Shown here piece after piece: positions 1 to 8,135 of a DNA stretch of 20,000 nt. Position numbers and translations under genes: made by a program. The notes beneath the pieces are model-generated. The model had not been told where the DNA came from, made no database searches, and saw nothing but the letters and a program-made list of their open reading frames with translations. The DNA is from an uncultured virus (IMG/VR IMGVR_UViG_3300029305_011943) (taxonomy: Duplodnaviria > Heunggongvirae > Uroviricota > Caudoviricetes). Where the stretch lies: IMG/VR virus record IMGVR_UViG_3300029305_011943; one strand, given 5' to 3'. Position 1 is the stretch's first letter. Each line of letters starts with the position of its first letter.

Positions 1-2
1 GG

Positions 3-50
3 ATCGAGAGCGAACGGCTCTATGAGGTCCTGTACACATTGGAGGTATGA
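3..50 (+). CDS. 3' end of an upstream phage gene (probable tail completion/terminator protein), partial
   Basis: Open frame IESERLYEVLYTLEV* ending at TGA 48-50 and containing the GGAGGT RBS of the next gene. The function is inferred from position before the major tail protein. Confidence 0.6.
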   Translation: MESERLYEVLYTLEV

Positions 51-52
51 AT

Positions 53-703
53 ATGGCTCTGAAGAAAAACAAGGTCAAGTTCGGTCTGAACAAGGTTCAC
101 TGGGCAAAGATCACGGCTTGGTCGGACGAGGGTGTGCCGACATTTGCAACGCCTGTGCGTCTGCCCGGTGCTGTTTCGCTGAGCATTGACGCAAACGGCG
201 AAAACGACAACTTCTACGCCGACAACACCGTTTATTACGTTATCAACAACAACGCAGGCTATGAGGGCGACCTCGAAATTGCTCTCATCACCACCGATTT
301 CGCAACCGATATCCTCGGTGAACAGCTCGACAGCAAGGGTGTCCTTGTGGAGCGCAATGACGCAGAGACCTCTCAGTTTGCACTGCTCTTTGAGTTTGAC
401 GGAGACAAAAATCACATCCGTCATGTGCTGTACTGCTGCTCTGCATCCCGTCCTGCAACTGAGGGTCAGACCACTGAGGAGAGCAAAGAGGTCAAGACAG
501 AGACGCTGTCGCTGAAGGCGTCGGCGCTTCCGAGCGGTATGGTGAAGTCCAAGACCTGTGAGAGCACGGACGAGACCACCTATAACAACTGGTACAGTGC
601 CGTCTATATCCCGACAGCGGCTACTACAAACAACAGCACCAATACACGTTCCACAAGTACCACTAAGGGCGGCAGCACAGCCGCATCCACTACTACTGAC
701 TGA
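53..703 (+). CDS. Major tail protein (phi13-family-like)
   Basis: NKVKFGLNKVHWA, PVRLPGAVSLSID, FYADN..YY, GYEGDLEIA and FALLFEFDGD..RHVLY motifs. GGAGGT at 41-46 fits ATG 53 better than ATG 47. Confidence 0.92.
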   Translation: MALKKNKVKFGLNKVHWAKITAWSDEGVPTFATPVRLPGAVSLSIDANGENDNFYADNTVYYVINNNAGYEGDLEIALITTDFATDILGEQLDSKGVLVERNDAETSQFALLFEFDGDKNHIRHVLYCCSASRPATEGQTTEESKEVKTETLSLKASALPSGMVKSKTCESTDETTYNNWYSAVYIPTAATTNNSTNTRSTSTTKGGSTAASTTTD

Positions 704-718
704 TTCGGAGGAAATAAT

Positions 719-1099
719 ATGGCTATCAGAAAAACAATTACTGTTGACGGCATCGAGGTTCCTTTTAAGGCGAGCGCAACACTGCCTCGCCTTTACCGTG
801 CCAAGTTCCGCAAGGACATCTTCAAGGATTTCTCTGCGCTGAAGGATTCTGTTGACGAGAGCGATGAGGAGAATTCCGGTCTCGGCATCGAGAGCCTTGA
901 GGTGTTCGAGAATATCGCCTGGACGATGGCAAAGCACGCCAATCCGGAGGGCGTTCCTGACAGCCCCGACGAGTGGCTGGAGCAGTTCAACACCTTCTCC
1001 ATCTACGAGGTGCTGCCGCAGCTCTTTGAGCTCTGGGGCGTGAATCTGGAGACGCAGGCGGAGTCAAAAAAAAATCTCGCCCAGTTGACCGCGAGATGA
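719..1099 (+). CDS. Tail assembly chaperone (gpG-like)
   Basis: 126 aa directly after the MTP, with GGAGG RBS. Ends in ESKKN over an A9 run, typical of chaperone frameshift sites. Confidence 0.85.
   Translation: MAIRKTITVDGIEVPFKASATLPRLYRAKFRKDIFKDFSALKDSVDESDEENSGLGIESLEVFENIAWTMAKHANPEGVPDSPDEWLEQFNTFSIYEVLPQLFELWGVNLETQAESKKNLAQLTAR
1066..1074 (+). other. Programmed -1 frameshift / transcriptional slippage site (A9)
   Basis: TCA AAA AAA AAT. A -1 slip gives ...SKKKSRPVDREMTTPLF, joining the two chaperone frames. Confidence 0.8.
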
Positions 1100-1260
1100 C
1101 AACGCCGCTGTTCCTTCTCCGATGTGTGCAGATCGGGCTGAGTCTTTCCGACCTTGATCTGCTCACTATCGGGATGGTCAACGAAATGTTCATTGAAAAG
1201 GATAATGACGATTATGATTACCCGATCAAAGCGGATCAGGCCGCATTCGACCGATTTTGA
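1096..1260 (+). CDS. Tail assembly chaperone extension (gpT-like), probably expressed as a -1 frameshift fusion
   Basis: Not in the ORF track. Reads MTTPLFLLRCVQIGLSLSDLDLLTIGMVNEMFIEKDNDDYDYPIKADQAAFDRF*, lies in the -1 frame relative to 719..1099, and the frame is open back to the A9 run. Confidence 0.82.
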   Translation: MTTPLFLLRCVQIGLSLSDLDLLTIGMVNEMFIEKDNDDYDYPIKADQAAFDRF

Positions 1261-1912
1261 GTCCAAAATAAAGATACTCCTGAAAAAACTGTTTCAGGTG
1301 TTGCTCGGTCTGTTTATATACTCTTTCGGCGTGTATCTGACCATTGCAGCGAATATAGGGCTGGCACCGTGGGACTGCTTCTGCATGGGAATATCACAGT
1401 ATACACCGCTGAACTACGGCAGCACTATGGTGCTGGTATCTGTCGCGGCAATTCTGATACAGCTTCTGTTCCAGGAACGCATTGGTTTTGCAATGATTCT
1501 CGATGCATTGATAACCGGACGACTCACGCAATTGTTCATCGACATTTCCCCGTATCCCGAAAACCATAGTACGCTGCTCGGAATCGTTCTGCTGATAATC
1601 GGCTTTCTGATTATTGATCTCGGCATCTATGTGTATATGTCAGCGGAACTCGGCAGCGGTCCGAAAGACGGTCTGATGATCGTTATCGGGAAAAAGCTGC
1701 CGAAAATACCAATCGGCATTATCGGGATGCTGCTGTGGTCGGCTGTAACTCTGACTGGCTGGCTGCTCGGCGGCTCTGTCGGTATCGGAACACTGCTGTC
1801 TATCCTCGGTGCAGGCATTGTCATGCACATCTTTTACGATGCAATCGGATTTGAGCCGAGGAAGCTGAAACACAAAAGCCTGAAAGAGACATTTAGGCTG
1901 ATAAAACGATAA
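1214..1912 (+). CDS. YczE/YyaS/YitT-family multi-pass membrane protein (moron); start codon uncertain
   Basis: Two related halves with ANIGLAPWD and AELGSGPKDGLM motifs, GGSVGIGT near the end, and about 6 hydrophobic helices. The family-like sequence begins near 1256-1280. Candidate starts are ATG 1205/1214 or GTG 1298, none with a good RBS. Confidence 0.8.
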   Translation: MITRSKRIRPHSTDFESKIKILLKKLFQVLLGLFIYSFGVYLTIAANIGLAPWDCFCMGISQYTPLNYGSTMVLVSVAAILIQLLFQERIGFAMILDALITGRLTQLFIDISPYPENHSTLLGIVLLIIGFLIIDLGIYVYMSAELGSGPKDGLMIVIGKKLPKIPIGIIGMLLWSAVTLTGWLLGGSVGIGTLLSILGAGIVMHIFYDAIGFEPRKLKHKSLKETFRLIKR

Positions 1913-1960
1913 CAGCACTGATGGTGCTTATATATATCCACTGAAAGGCAGGTGATCCGC

Positions 1961-4900
1961 ATGTCAGGCAGAATCAAGGGTATAACCGTTGAGATCGGCG
2001 GTGATACCACCAAACTGCAAAAAGCCCTGCAGGGTGTCGAGAAGAATATCAAAAACACGCAGACGCAGCTCAAGGATGTAGAAAAGCTGCTGAAACTCGA
2101 TCCGACCAATACGGAGCTTCTTGCGCAGAAACAGCGGTTGCTTGCCGATGCCGTATCATCGACCAGTGACAAACTCGAAACGCTGAAAAAAGCAAGCGAA
2201 CAGGCTGCTAAAACCAAAGACAACTACGATGCTTGGAAAGCAAAGTACGACCCGATCAAGCAGAAAATCAGTGAGACGGAAACCAAGCTCAAGGAACTGA
2301 AAGAGCAGAGCAAGATCGCTGATGAGCAGCTTTCCAAGGGTGAAATATCGCAGGAGAAGTACGATGCCCTGCAAAGTGAGATCAAGCAGACCACTGACGA
2401 ACTGAACGGGCTGAAACAGCAGGCAAAGGATGTGTCTGAGGAATTCGGGCATCCGATCTCCCCGGAGCAGTATGACTCCCTTCAGCGTGAGATCGTTGAA
2501 ACGGAACAGGAACTGCAAAATCTACAGCAGGAAGCGGCGAATTCTCAGGCGGCACTTGTGAAACTCGGTGAAGCGGGTGCATCTCTCGAAAAAGCAGGCG
2601 ATAAAATTGCAACAGTCGGTACGAACCTGACAAAATATGTGACGGTGCCTATCCTCGGACTTGGTACTGCTGCGGTCAAAACGACTGCTGATTTCGATGC
2701 TTCCATGAGCAAGGTTTCTGCCGTATCCGGTGCGACCGGCGAGGACTTAGAGGCTCTCCGTGCAAAAGCCCGTGAGATGGGCAGTCAGACAAAATTCAGT
2801 GCCTCGGAAGCCGCAGATGCCATGAACTATATGGCTATGGCGGGATGGAAAACCGAGGATATGCTGAACGGTGTCGAGGGTATCATGAACCTTGCTGCCG
2901 CTTCCGGTGAGGATTTGGCGACCACATCGGATATTGTGACGGACGCTCTGACGGCTCTCGGCATGAGCGCAGATGATTCTGCACACTTTGCAGATATCCT
3001 TGCGGCTGCATCTTCAAATGCCAACACCAATGTGTCTCTCATGGGTGAATCGTTCAAGTATGTTGCGCCGATTGCAGGTTCTATGGGAGCGAGCGCGGAA
3101 GACTTATCTATTGCACTCGGCCTTATGGCGAACAGCGGTATCAAGGGTTCGCAGGCTGGTAACAGTCTGAAAAACGCTCTTGTAAACCTCACAAAGCCGA
3201 CAAAACAGCAAGCTGCCGCAATGCAGCAGCTCGGTTTTATCAGCACTGAAACCATTCAGAAAATCGACTTTGAAAAGGTCGAGAATGCAGAGCACTCTGT
3301 TGAGGATGCGACGATCTCTCTGGATAATGCACAAATCAAGCTAAACGATGCGATCAGCAAGTACGGCGAGGGCAGCTCTCAGGCCCAGCTTGCAAGCAAT
3401 AACTACGAAAAAGCACAGCTAAAACTTGCTCGAGCACAAGAGGCACTTGCCAAAGAACAGGAAGGTGTCTCAAAAGAGATCGCCGGGGCAAATACACTCA
3501 TGACCGATGCAGACGGCAATATGCGGTCGCTCGGAGATATCATGGGTATGCTTCGTGAGAAAATGGGCAAGGTCAATGTGGAACTGACAGACGCCGAGGG
3601 CAACGCCCGTGATTTCGATGATATCGTTGCGGAACTGTCAACGACCACAGAGGGTCTTGCACAGGCAGAGCAGATGCAAGCGGCAGCCGCTATCTTCGGT
3701 AAACAGAATATGGCAGGTATGCTTGCAATCATCAATGCCAGCGAGGAGGACTACAACAAGCTCTCTACTGCCATTTACGGCTGTGAAGGATCTGCAAAAG
3801 GCATGGCAGACACCATGCAGGACAACCTCGCAGGTCAGATCACGATTCTGAAATCACAGCTGCAGGAGCTTGCAATCAGCTTCGGTGAGATCCTGATGCC
3901 GGCAATCAGGTCAATTGTTTCCCGTATTCAGGCGCTTATTGATAAATTCAATGCGATGTCTCCGGCAACGAAGGAGACCATCGTGAAAATCGCACTTGTG
4001 GCAGCGGCACTGGGACCGCTGCTTCTTGTTATCGGCAAAACAATGGTCGGTATCGGCAAGCTGATGCAGCTTATAGCGAACCTGCCTTCTATGATCGCAG
4101 GAGCGAAAGCAGCATTTTCATCCTTCGGCGCAGCTATCGGCGGTATATCCGCACCTGTCGTCGCTGTCATTGCGGTTATCGCTGCTCTGGTAGCGGCTTT
4201 TGTGCATTTATGGCGTACCAATGAAGACTTCCGAAACAAAATCACCGCAATCTGGGAACAGATCAAAAGCATTTTCTCAGGCTTCTGTCAGGGTATTGTT
4301 GACCGTATCAATGCGCTCGGCTTTGACTTCAAAAATATCGGTGAGGTCATCAAGGCTGTATGGGACGGACTCTGTAAATTCCTGAAACCGATTTTTGAGG
4401 GAACATTTCAGCAGATCGCTAACATCTTCAAAGCTGTGACAGATATTATCCTGAATCTCCTTGATGTGTTTATCGGCATCTTTACCGGAGACTGGGATAA
4501 GGTATGGAACGGTATAAAGGGTATTTTTGTAGCGGTATGGAATTTCCTCAAAGATACGCTGAAAAACTACCTGAATGTACTGTGTAATATCTTCGGCACG
4601 AGTCTCGGTGAAGTTAAGGAATTCTGGGTAAATGTCTGGAACGGCATTAAGACCTTTTTCGTCAATATCTGGAACGGGATAAAAAGCTTTATCACAGGGA
4701 TAGTCAATGGAATCAAGAACTTTTTCATATCTGTCTGGACGGGTATCAAAAACTTCTTTGTCGGTATCTGGACGGCGATTTACAACAGCATCGCAGAGAA
4801 AATCAACCTCATTAAAACTGTTATCACTGTCATTTGGAATGCCATTCATACAGCAATCACCACTGTTCTGAATGCAATCTGGTCTGTTATCACAACTGTA

Positions 4901-6838
4901 TGGCAGACAATATACGACTTCATTTCGCCGCTGCTGGATGCTTTCAGATATCTGTTTGAGACGATTTTTGAAGCGATCCACGTTATTATCAGCCGTGTCA
5001 TGGACTGGATCCACGAAAAGATCACTACAACATGGGAGACCATTAAGGCGGTCGTAACGATCGTTCTTGAGGGCATCAAGACCTTTTTTGAGACGATTTG
5101 GAATGCGATCTCTACAACTGTCAGCACGGTAATGGATACCATTTCCAATGTGATCTCTACCGTATGGAATGCGATCTCCGGCTTCATATCCGGTATTCTG
5201 AACGCCATCTGGTCGGTGATCTCTTCTATCTGGGATAGCATTAAGAATCACATCACCAATACGCTGAATGCGATTCATGCAGTCGTATCTGCGGTGTGGA
5301 ATGCTATATCCAGTTTTATTTCATCAGTTCTCAGCACTATCCGCAATACAGTTACAAATATCTGGAACGGCATTAAAAATACAGTCAGCACAGTAATGAA
5401 TGCGATCAAAACAACTGTATCGAATATCTGGGACAGCGTGAAAAACGCCGTGATGCAGAAGATCACGGCAATCAAGGACACTATCGTCAACGGCTTCAAT
5501 GCCGCAGTCAACTTCATCAAGAACCTCGGCTCTCAGGCATTCCAGTGGGGCGCAGACATTATCAATAACATCGTCAGCGGCATCAAGAATTGTATTGGCA
5601 AGGTCGCTGATGCTGTCAAAGGCGTGGCGAACAAGATCAAATCCTTCCTGCACTTCTCTGTACCTGATGAGGGACCTCTTGCGGATTTCGAGAGCTGGAT
5701 GCCTGACTTCATGCAGGGACTTGCGGACGGTATCAACGCCAATGCAAATGTGGTCGGCGATGCTGTCAACAACTTTGCAGGCGGACTGGCTGAAAAAATA
5801 AGCATCGTAATCCGTGATGCACTGTCCAACGTGGTGACTGCGGTGCAGGGCTTCATGGAACAGGTCTTTGAAACCGTGAAAACGGTCTGGGCAAATGCAA
5901 ACTCGGCTATCGATATAACTATGTCTCAGATCAAAAACGGGATCACAAGCGGCTGGAAAGCCATTGTGTCTGTGATTGAAAATGCGCTGGACAATATCAG
6001 GAAAATCATCACCACCACATGGAAAGCGGCGGCGACTGTTATTGAGACTGCACTGAACGGTATCAAAAAAATCGTGACTGCGGTCTGGACAGCGATGAAA
6101 ACGCTCATCAATACCGGACAGCTTGACATCAAAAATGTGATTTCTACAACGTGGAACGCTGCGAAGGATGTGGTAAACACAGCCCTGAACGCTATCAAAT
6201 CCGTGGTGCAGACGATCTGGAATGCGATGCCGGAAATCGTCCGGAATCCTATGAATCAGGTAAAGGACTCTGTGCTGTCGATCTGGGACAACATCAGAAA
6301 TGGCATCAATGACAGGCTCGGCGGTGTGCGTGACGCAGTATCCGGAGCGATGAATGCAGTCTATCAGGCGGTCATGGACAAGGTCAACAGCTCGTGGTCG
6401 TGGGGACGCGACCTCATGCAGAATCTCATCAACGGTCTGAACTATATGCTCGGCAATCTCATCAATACGGTTGCAGATGTGGCACGGGCGATCAGCGATT
6501 ATCTGCACTTCTCTGTTCCCGACAAGGGACCTCTGACAGAATTTGAAAGCTGGATGCCCGACTTCATGAAAGGACTTGCCAACGGCATCAACAAGAGCAA
6601 AAAGTATGTCGAGAAAGCAATTTCCGGTGTTGCAGATGCTATGACCATTGCAATGAATTCCGACTTCAATGTGGATATGTCCGGTTTGACCGGCGCAATG
6701 GTGGGCGCAGGCGGTACGACCGTTGTCAACAACTACAATAACGACAACAGCCGCACAGTGAATCAGACCAATAATAGTCCGAAATCACTGTCACGGCTGG
6801 AAATCTATCGTCAGACGCGAAATGCGTTGAATGTGTGA
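1961..6838 (+). CDS. Tail tape measure protein (TP901-family core)
   Basis: 1625 aa from ATG 1961 (AGGCAGGTGA RBS). RIKGITVEIGGDTT N-terminus, FDASMSKVSAVSGATG..TKFSASEAADAMNYMAMAGW core, hydrophobic segments, and long periodic Trp/Phe amphipathic repeats. Confidence 0.96.
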   Translation: MSGRIKGITVEIGGDTTKLQKALQGVEKNIKNTQTQLKDVEKLLKLDPTNTELLAQKQRLLADAVSSTSDKLETLKKASEQAAKTKDNYDAWKAKYDPIKQKISETETKLKELKEQSKIADEQLSKGEISQEKYDALQSEIKQTTDELNGLKQQAKDVSEEFGHPISPEQYDSLQREIVETEQELQNLQQEAANSQAALVKLGEAGASLEKAGDKIATVGTNLTKYVTVPILGLGTAAVKTTADFDASMSKVSAVSGATGEDLEALRAKAREMGSQTKFSASEAADAMNYMAMAGWKTEDMLNGVEGIMNLAAASGEDLATTSDIVTDALTALGMSADDSAHFADILAAASSNANTNVSLMGESFKYVAPIAGSMGASAEDLSIALGLMANSGIKGSQAGNSLKNALVNLTKPTKQQAAAMQQLGFISTETIQKIDFEKVENAEHSVEDATISLDNAQIKLNDAISKYGEGSSQAQLASNNYEKAQLKLARAQEALAKEQEGVSKEIAGANTLMTDADGNMRSLGDIMGMLREKMGKVNVELTDAEGNARDFDDIVAELSTTTEGLAQAEQMQAAAAIFGKQNMAGMLAIINASEEDYNKLSTAIYGCEGSAKGMADTMQDNLAGQITILKSQLQELAISFGEILMPAIRSIVSRIQALIDKFNAMSPATKETIVKIALVAAALGPLLLVIGKTMVGIGKLMQLIANLPSMIAGAKAAFSSFGAAIGGISAPVVAVIAVIAALVAAFVHLWRTNEDFRNKITAIWEQIKSIFSGFCQGIVDRINALGFDFKNIGEVIKAVWDGLCKFLKPIFEGTFQQIANIFKAVTDIILNLLDVFIGIFTGDWDKVWNGIKGIFVAVWNFLKDTLKNYLNVLCNIFGTSLGEVKEFWVNVWNGIKTFFVNIWNGIKSFITGIVNGIKNFFISVWTGIKNFFVGIWTAIYNSIAEKINLIKTVITVIWNAIHTAITTVLNAIWSVITTVWQTIYDFISPLLDAFRYLFETIFEAIHVIISRVMDWIHEKITTTWETIKAVVTIVLEGIKTFFETIWNAISTTVSTVMDTISNVISTVWNAISGFISGILNAIWSVISSIWDSIKNHITNTLNAIHAVVSAVWNAISSFISSVLSTIRNTVTNIWNGIKNTVSTVMNAIKTTVSNIWDSVKNAVMQKITAIKDTIVNGFNAAVNFIKNLGSQAFQWGADIINNIVSGIKNCIGKVADAVKGVANKIKSFLHFSVPDEGPLADFESWMPDFMQGLADGINANANVVGDAVNNFAGGLAEKISIVIRDALSNVVTAVQGFMEQVFETVKTVWANANSAIDITMSQIKNGITSGWKAIVSVIENALDNIRKIITTTWKAAATVIETALNGIKKIVTAVWTAMKTLINTGQLDIKNVISTTWNAAKDVVNTALNAIKSVVQTIWNAMPEIVRNPMNQVKDSVLSIWDNIRNGINDRLGGVRDAVSGAMNAVYQAVMDKVNSSWSWGRDLMQNLINGLNYMLGNLINTVADVARAISDYLHFSVPDKGPLTEFESWMPDFMKGLANGINKSKKYVEKAISGVADAMTIAMNSDFNVDMSGLTGAMVGAGGTTVVNNYNNDNSRTVNQTNNSPKSLSRLEIYRQTRNALNV
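5648..6592 (+). repeat. Internal direct repeat in the tape measure gene (90-nt units at 5648-5737 and 6503-6592)
   Basis: LHFSVPDEGPLADFESWMPDFMQGLADGIN versus LHFSVPDKGPLTEFESWMPDFMKGLANGIN, 855 nt apart. Confidence 0.9.
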
Positions 6839-6844
6839 GAATAT

Positions 6845-6866
6845 GGGGTGGGCTTATGCCTGCCCC
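6845..6866. terminator. Hairpin between convergent TMP and Nudix genes
   Basis: GGGGTGGGC-TTAT-GCCTGCCCC (two G-U pairs on the + strand). U-tracts are weak on both sides. Confidence 0.55.
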
Positions 6867-7331
6867 TTATCCTAACAGTTTTCCTTCATATGTTCCGTTT
6901 TGAATTTTGAAGAAAAACTCGCTAAAAGTGTCGGTTTCAAAAATCTGCATAAGTTCACGCATATTCCAGATCAGATTTGCATTGTCAATCTCACTTCTGT
7001 CAAGCCAGAATACTCTGCCTTCTTCAGAGCTTTTCAGGTCTCCCTCAAATTGATCCGTTTTATACAGCAAGACAATGTATCTTGTTCCATCTTCCAATAT
7101 CCAATCCTTGAAGCCGCAGGGCTGTGGGTTGTGAATTGTCAGACCCGTTTCTTCTTTCATTTCACGAATCACTGAATCCAATAACGACTCATCCGGTTCA
7201 ACATGACCGCCGGGAAATACAAGCCCACCCTTATACTTTTCTTTCAATCCCTGCTTTTCCTGCACAAGGACACGGTTGTCATCGTAAATCAGACACATAT
7301 TGGTCAGTTCTATCTTTGATGATCTGTCCAT
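6867..7331 (-). CDS. Nudix hydrolase (MutT/8-oxo-dGTP diphosphatase-like)
   Basis: Intact Nudix box GGHVEPDESLLDSVIREMKEETGL, plus ELTNMCLIYD and SSEEGRVFW motifs. GGAG RBS follows the stop of the upstream gene. Confidence 0.92.
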   Translation of the reverse strand: MDRSSKIELTNMCLIYDDNRVLVQEKQGLKEKYKGGLVFPGGHVEPDESLLDSVIREMKEETGLTIHNPQPCGFKDWILEDGTRYIVLLYKTDQFEGDLKSSEEGRVFWLDRSEIDNANLIWNMRELMQIFETDTFSEFFFKIQNGTYEGKLLG

Positions 7332-7341
7332 TCGTTTCTCC

Positions 7342-8070
7342 TTAATCGTGATATAGAACCGGAGATGCCATGCCTTTTTTGGTATAGTGTTTCGGCAATC
7401 TCTTATTCAGAAAAAGTGATCTGATATCATCAACTGCTACTTTACCATCAAACATACATCTTTCAGGCATTTCTTCTGATCGATACCAATGGTCTACTTC
7501 AAATACTTCTGCTATTACACCATTATGAGCTGCTAAGACATAAGGAATTTTCTGTACCCTTCTCAAGTTCACCTTCCAGTGCTTTCTAACTGTTTCATAA
7601 ATACTGCCTCTTTCATTAAGCCAGTAATCTTTAATCTTAATAATGCAATATTTCAAATCCTGTTGATCCTCAAATTCTTCGCAGGATAAAACACGCTGTA
7701 ATACTTCCGCACTGTTAACGCCACGGTCTGAGGAGTAGCCACCCTGAATGTTCGTTAATCCGGGATAGCAGTCTATCAATGCTGCTTCAACCTCAAAGGC
7801 TTCTTTTTCTGTTAATCCGTATCTCTGAATCACATGAATTACTTCGAGTCCGGCAGTTTTTATTTCTCTGATTTGTTTTATTTTCTCGGAGATTTCATCC
7901 TCGTCACCATATTCGTAGGATTGACCATCAAAATTTTTCAATGCGTCATTGATATGGGCATATAGTCTGTTTCCTTTGCCTTTTCCTACATAAAATGTTT
8001 GTCCTGTTCGGGGATCAATCAAACGATAAACATAGTATTGAAGCTGTTCTATTACTTCTGGTGTGAACAT
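7342..8070 (-). CDS. LEM-3-like GIY-YIG nuclease domain protein
   Basis: YYVYRLIDPRTGQTFYVGKGKGNRLYAH, then EAFEVEAALID..LTN (catalytic Glu and Asn positions), and a C-terminal YETVRKHWKV-containing domain. AT-rich compared with the tail genes. Confidence 0.88.
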   Translation of the reverse strand: MFTPEVIEQLQYYVYRLIDPRTGQTFYVGKGKGNRLYAHINDALKNFDGQSYEYGDEDEISEKIKQIREIKTAGLEVIHVIQRYGLTEKEAFEVEAALIDCYPGLTNIQGGYSSDRGVNSAEVLQRVLSCEEFEDQQDLKYCIIKIKDYWLNERGSIYETVRKHWKVNLRRVQKIPYVLAAHNGVIAEVFEVDHWYRSEEMPERCMFDGKVAVDDIRSLFLNKRLPKHYTKKGMASPVLYHD

Positions 8071-8094
8071 CGTATCACGACCTTTCTGAAATTA

Positions 8095-8123
8095 ATTATA
8101 CATCATTTCCATAGAAAAAGCAA
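8095..8123 (-). promoter_or_regulatory. SigA-type promoter of the GIY-YIG/Nudix operon
   Basis: Minus strand TTGCTT-N17-TATAAT (-35 at 8118-8123, -10 at 8095-8100), followed by an AGAAAGG RBS. Confidence 0.8.
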
Positions 8124-8135
8124 GGAGGCGATATC

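Noticed and set aside
20..937. 305-aa minus-strand ORF
   Set aside because: Antisense shadow of the MTP and chaperone genes, with no recognisable motifs.
1154..1213. ORF-track start of the membrane gene at TTG 1154
   Set aside because: Overlaps the gpT-like frame, has no RBS, and the extension looks non-homologous.
1914..1928. AGCAC-TGATG-GTGCT after the membrane gene, resembling CIRCE or a terminator
   Set aside because: Wrong spacing for CIRCE, only a 5-bp stem, and no U tract.
4277..6508. 333-aa and 394-aa minus-strand ORFs within the TMP
   Set aside because: Shadows of the repetitive, codon-biased TMP frame; their periodicity mirrors the Trp repeats.
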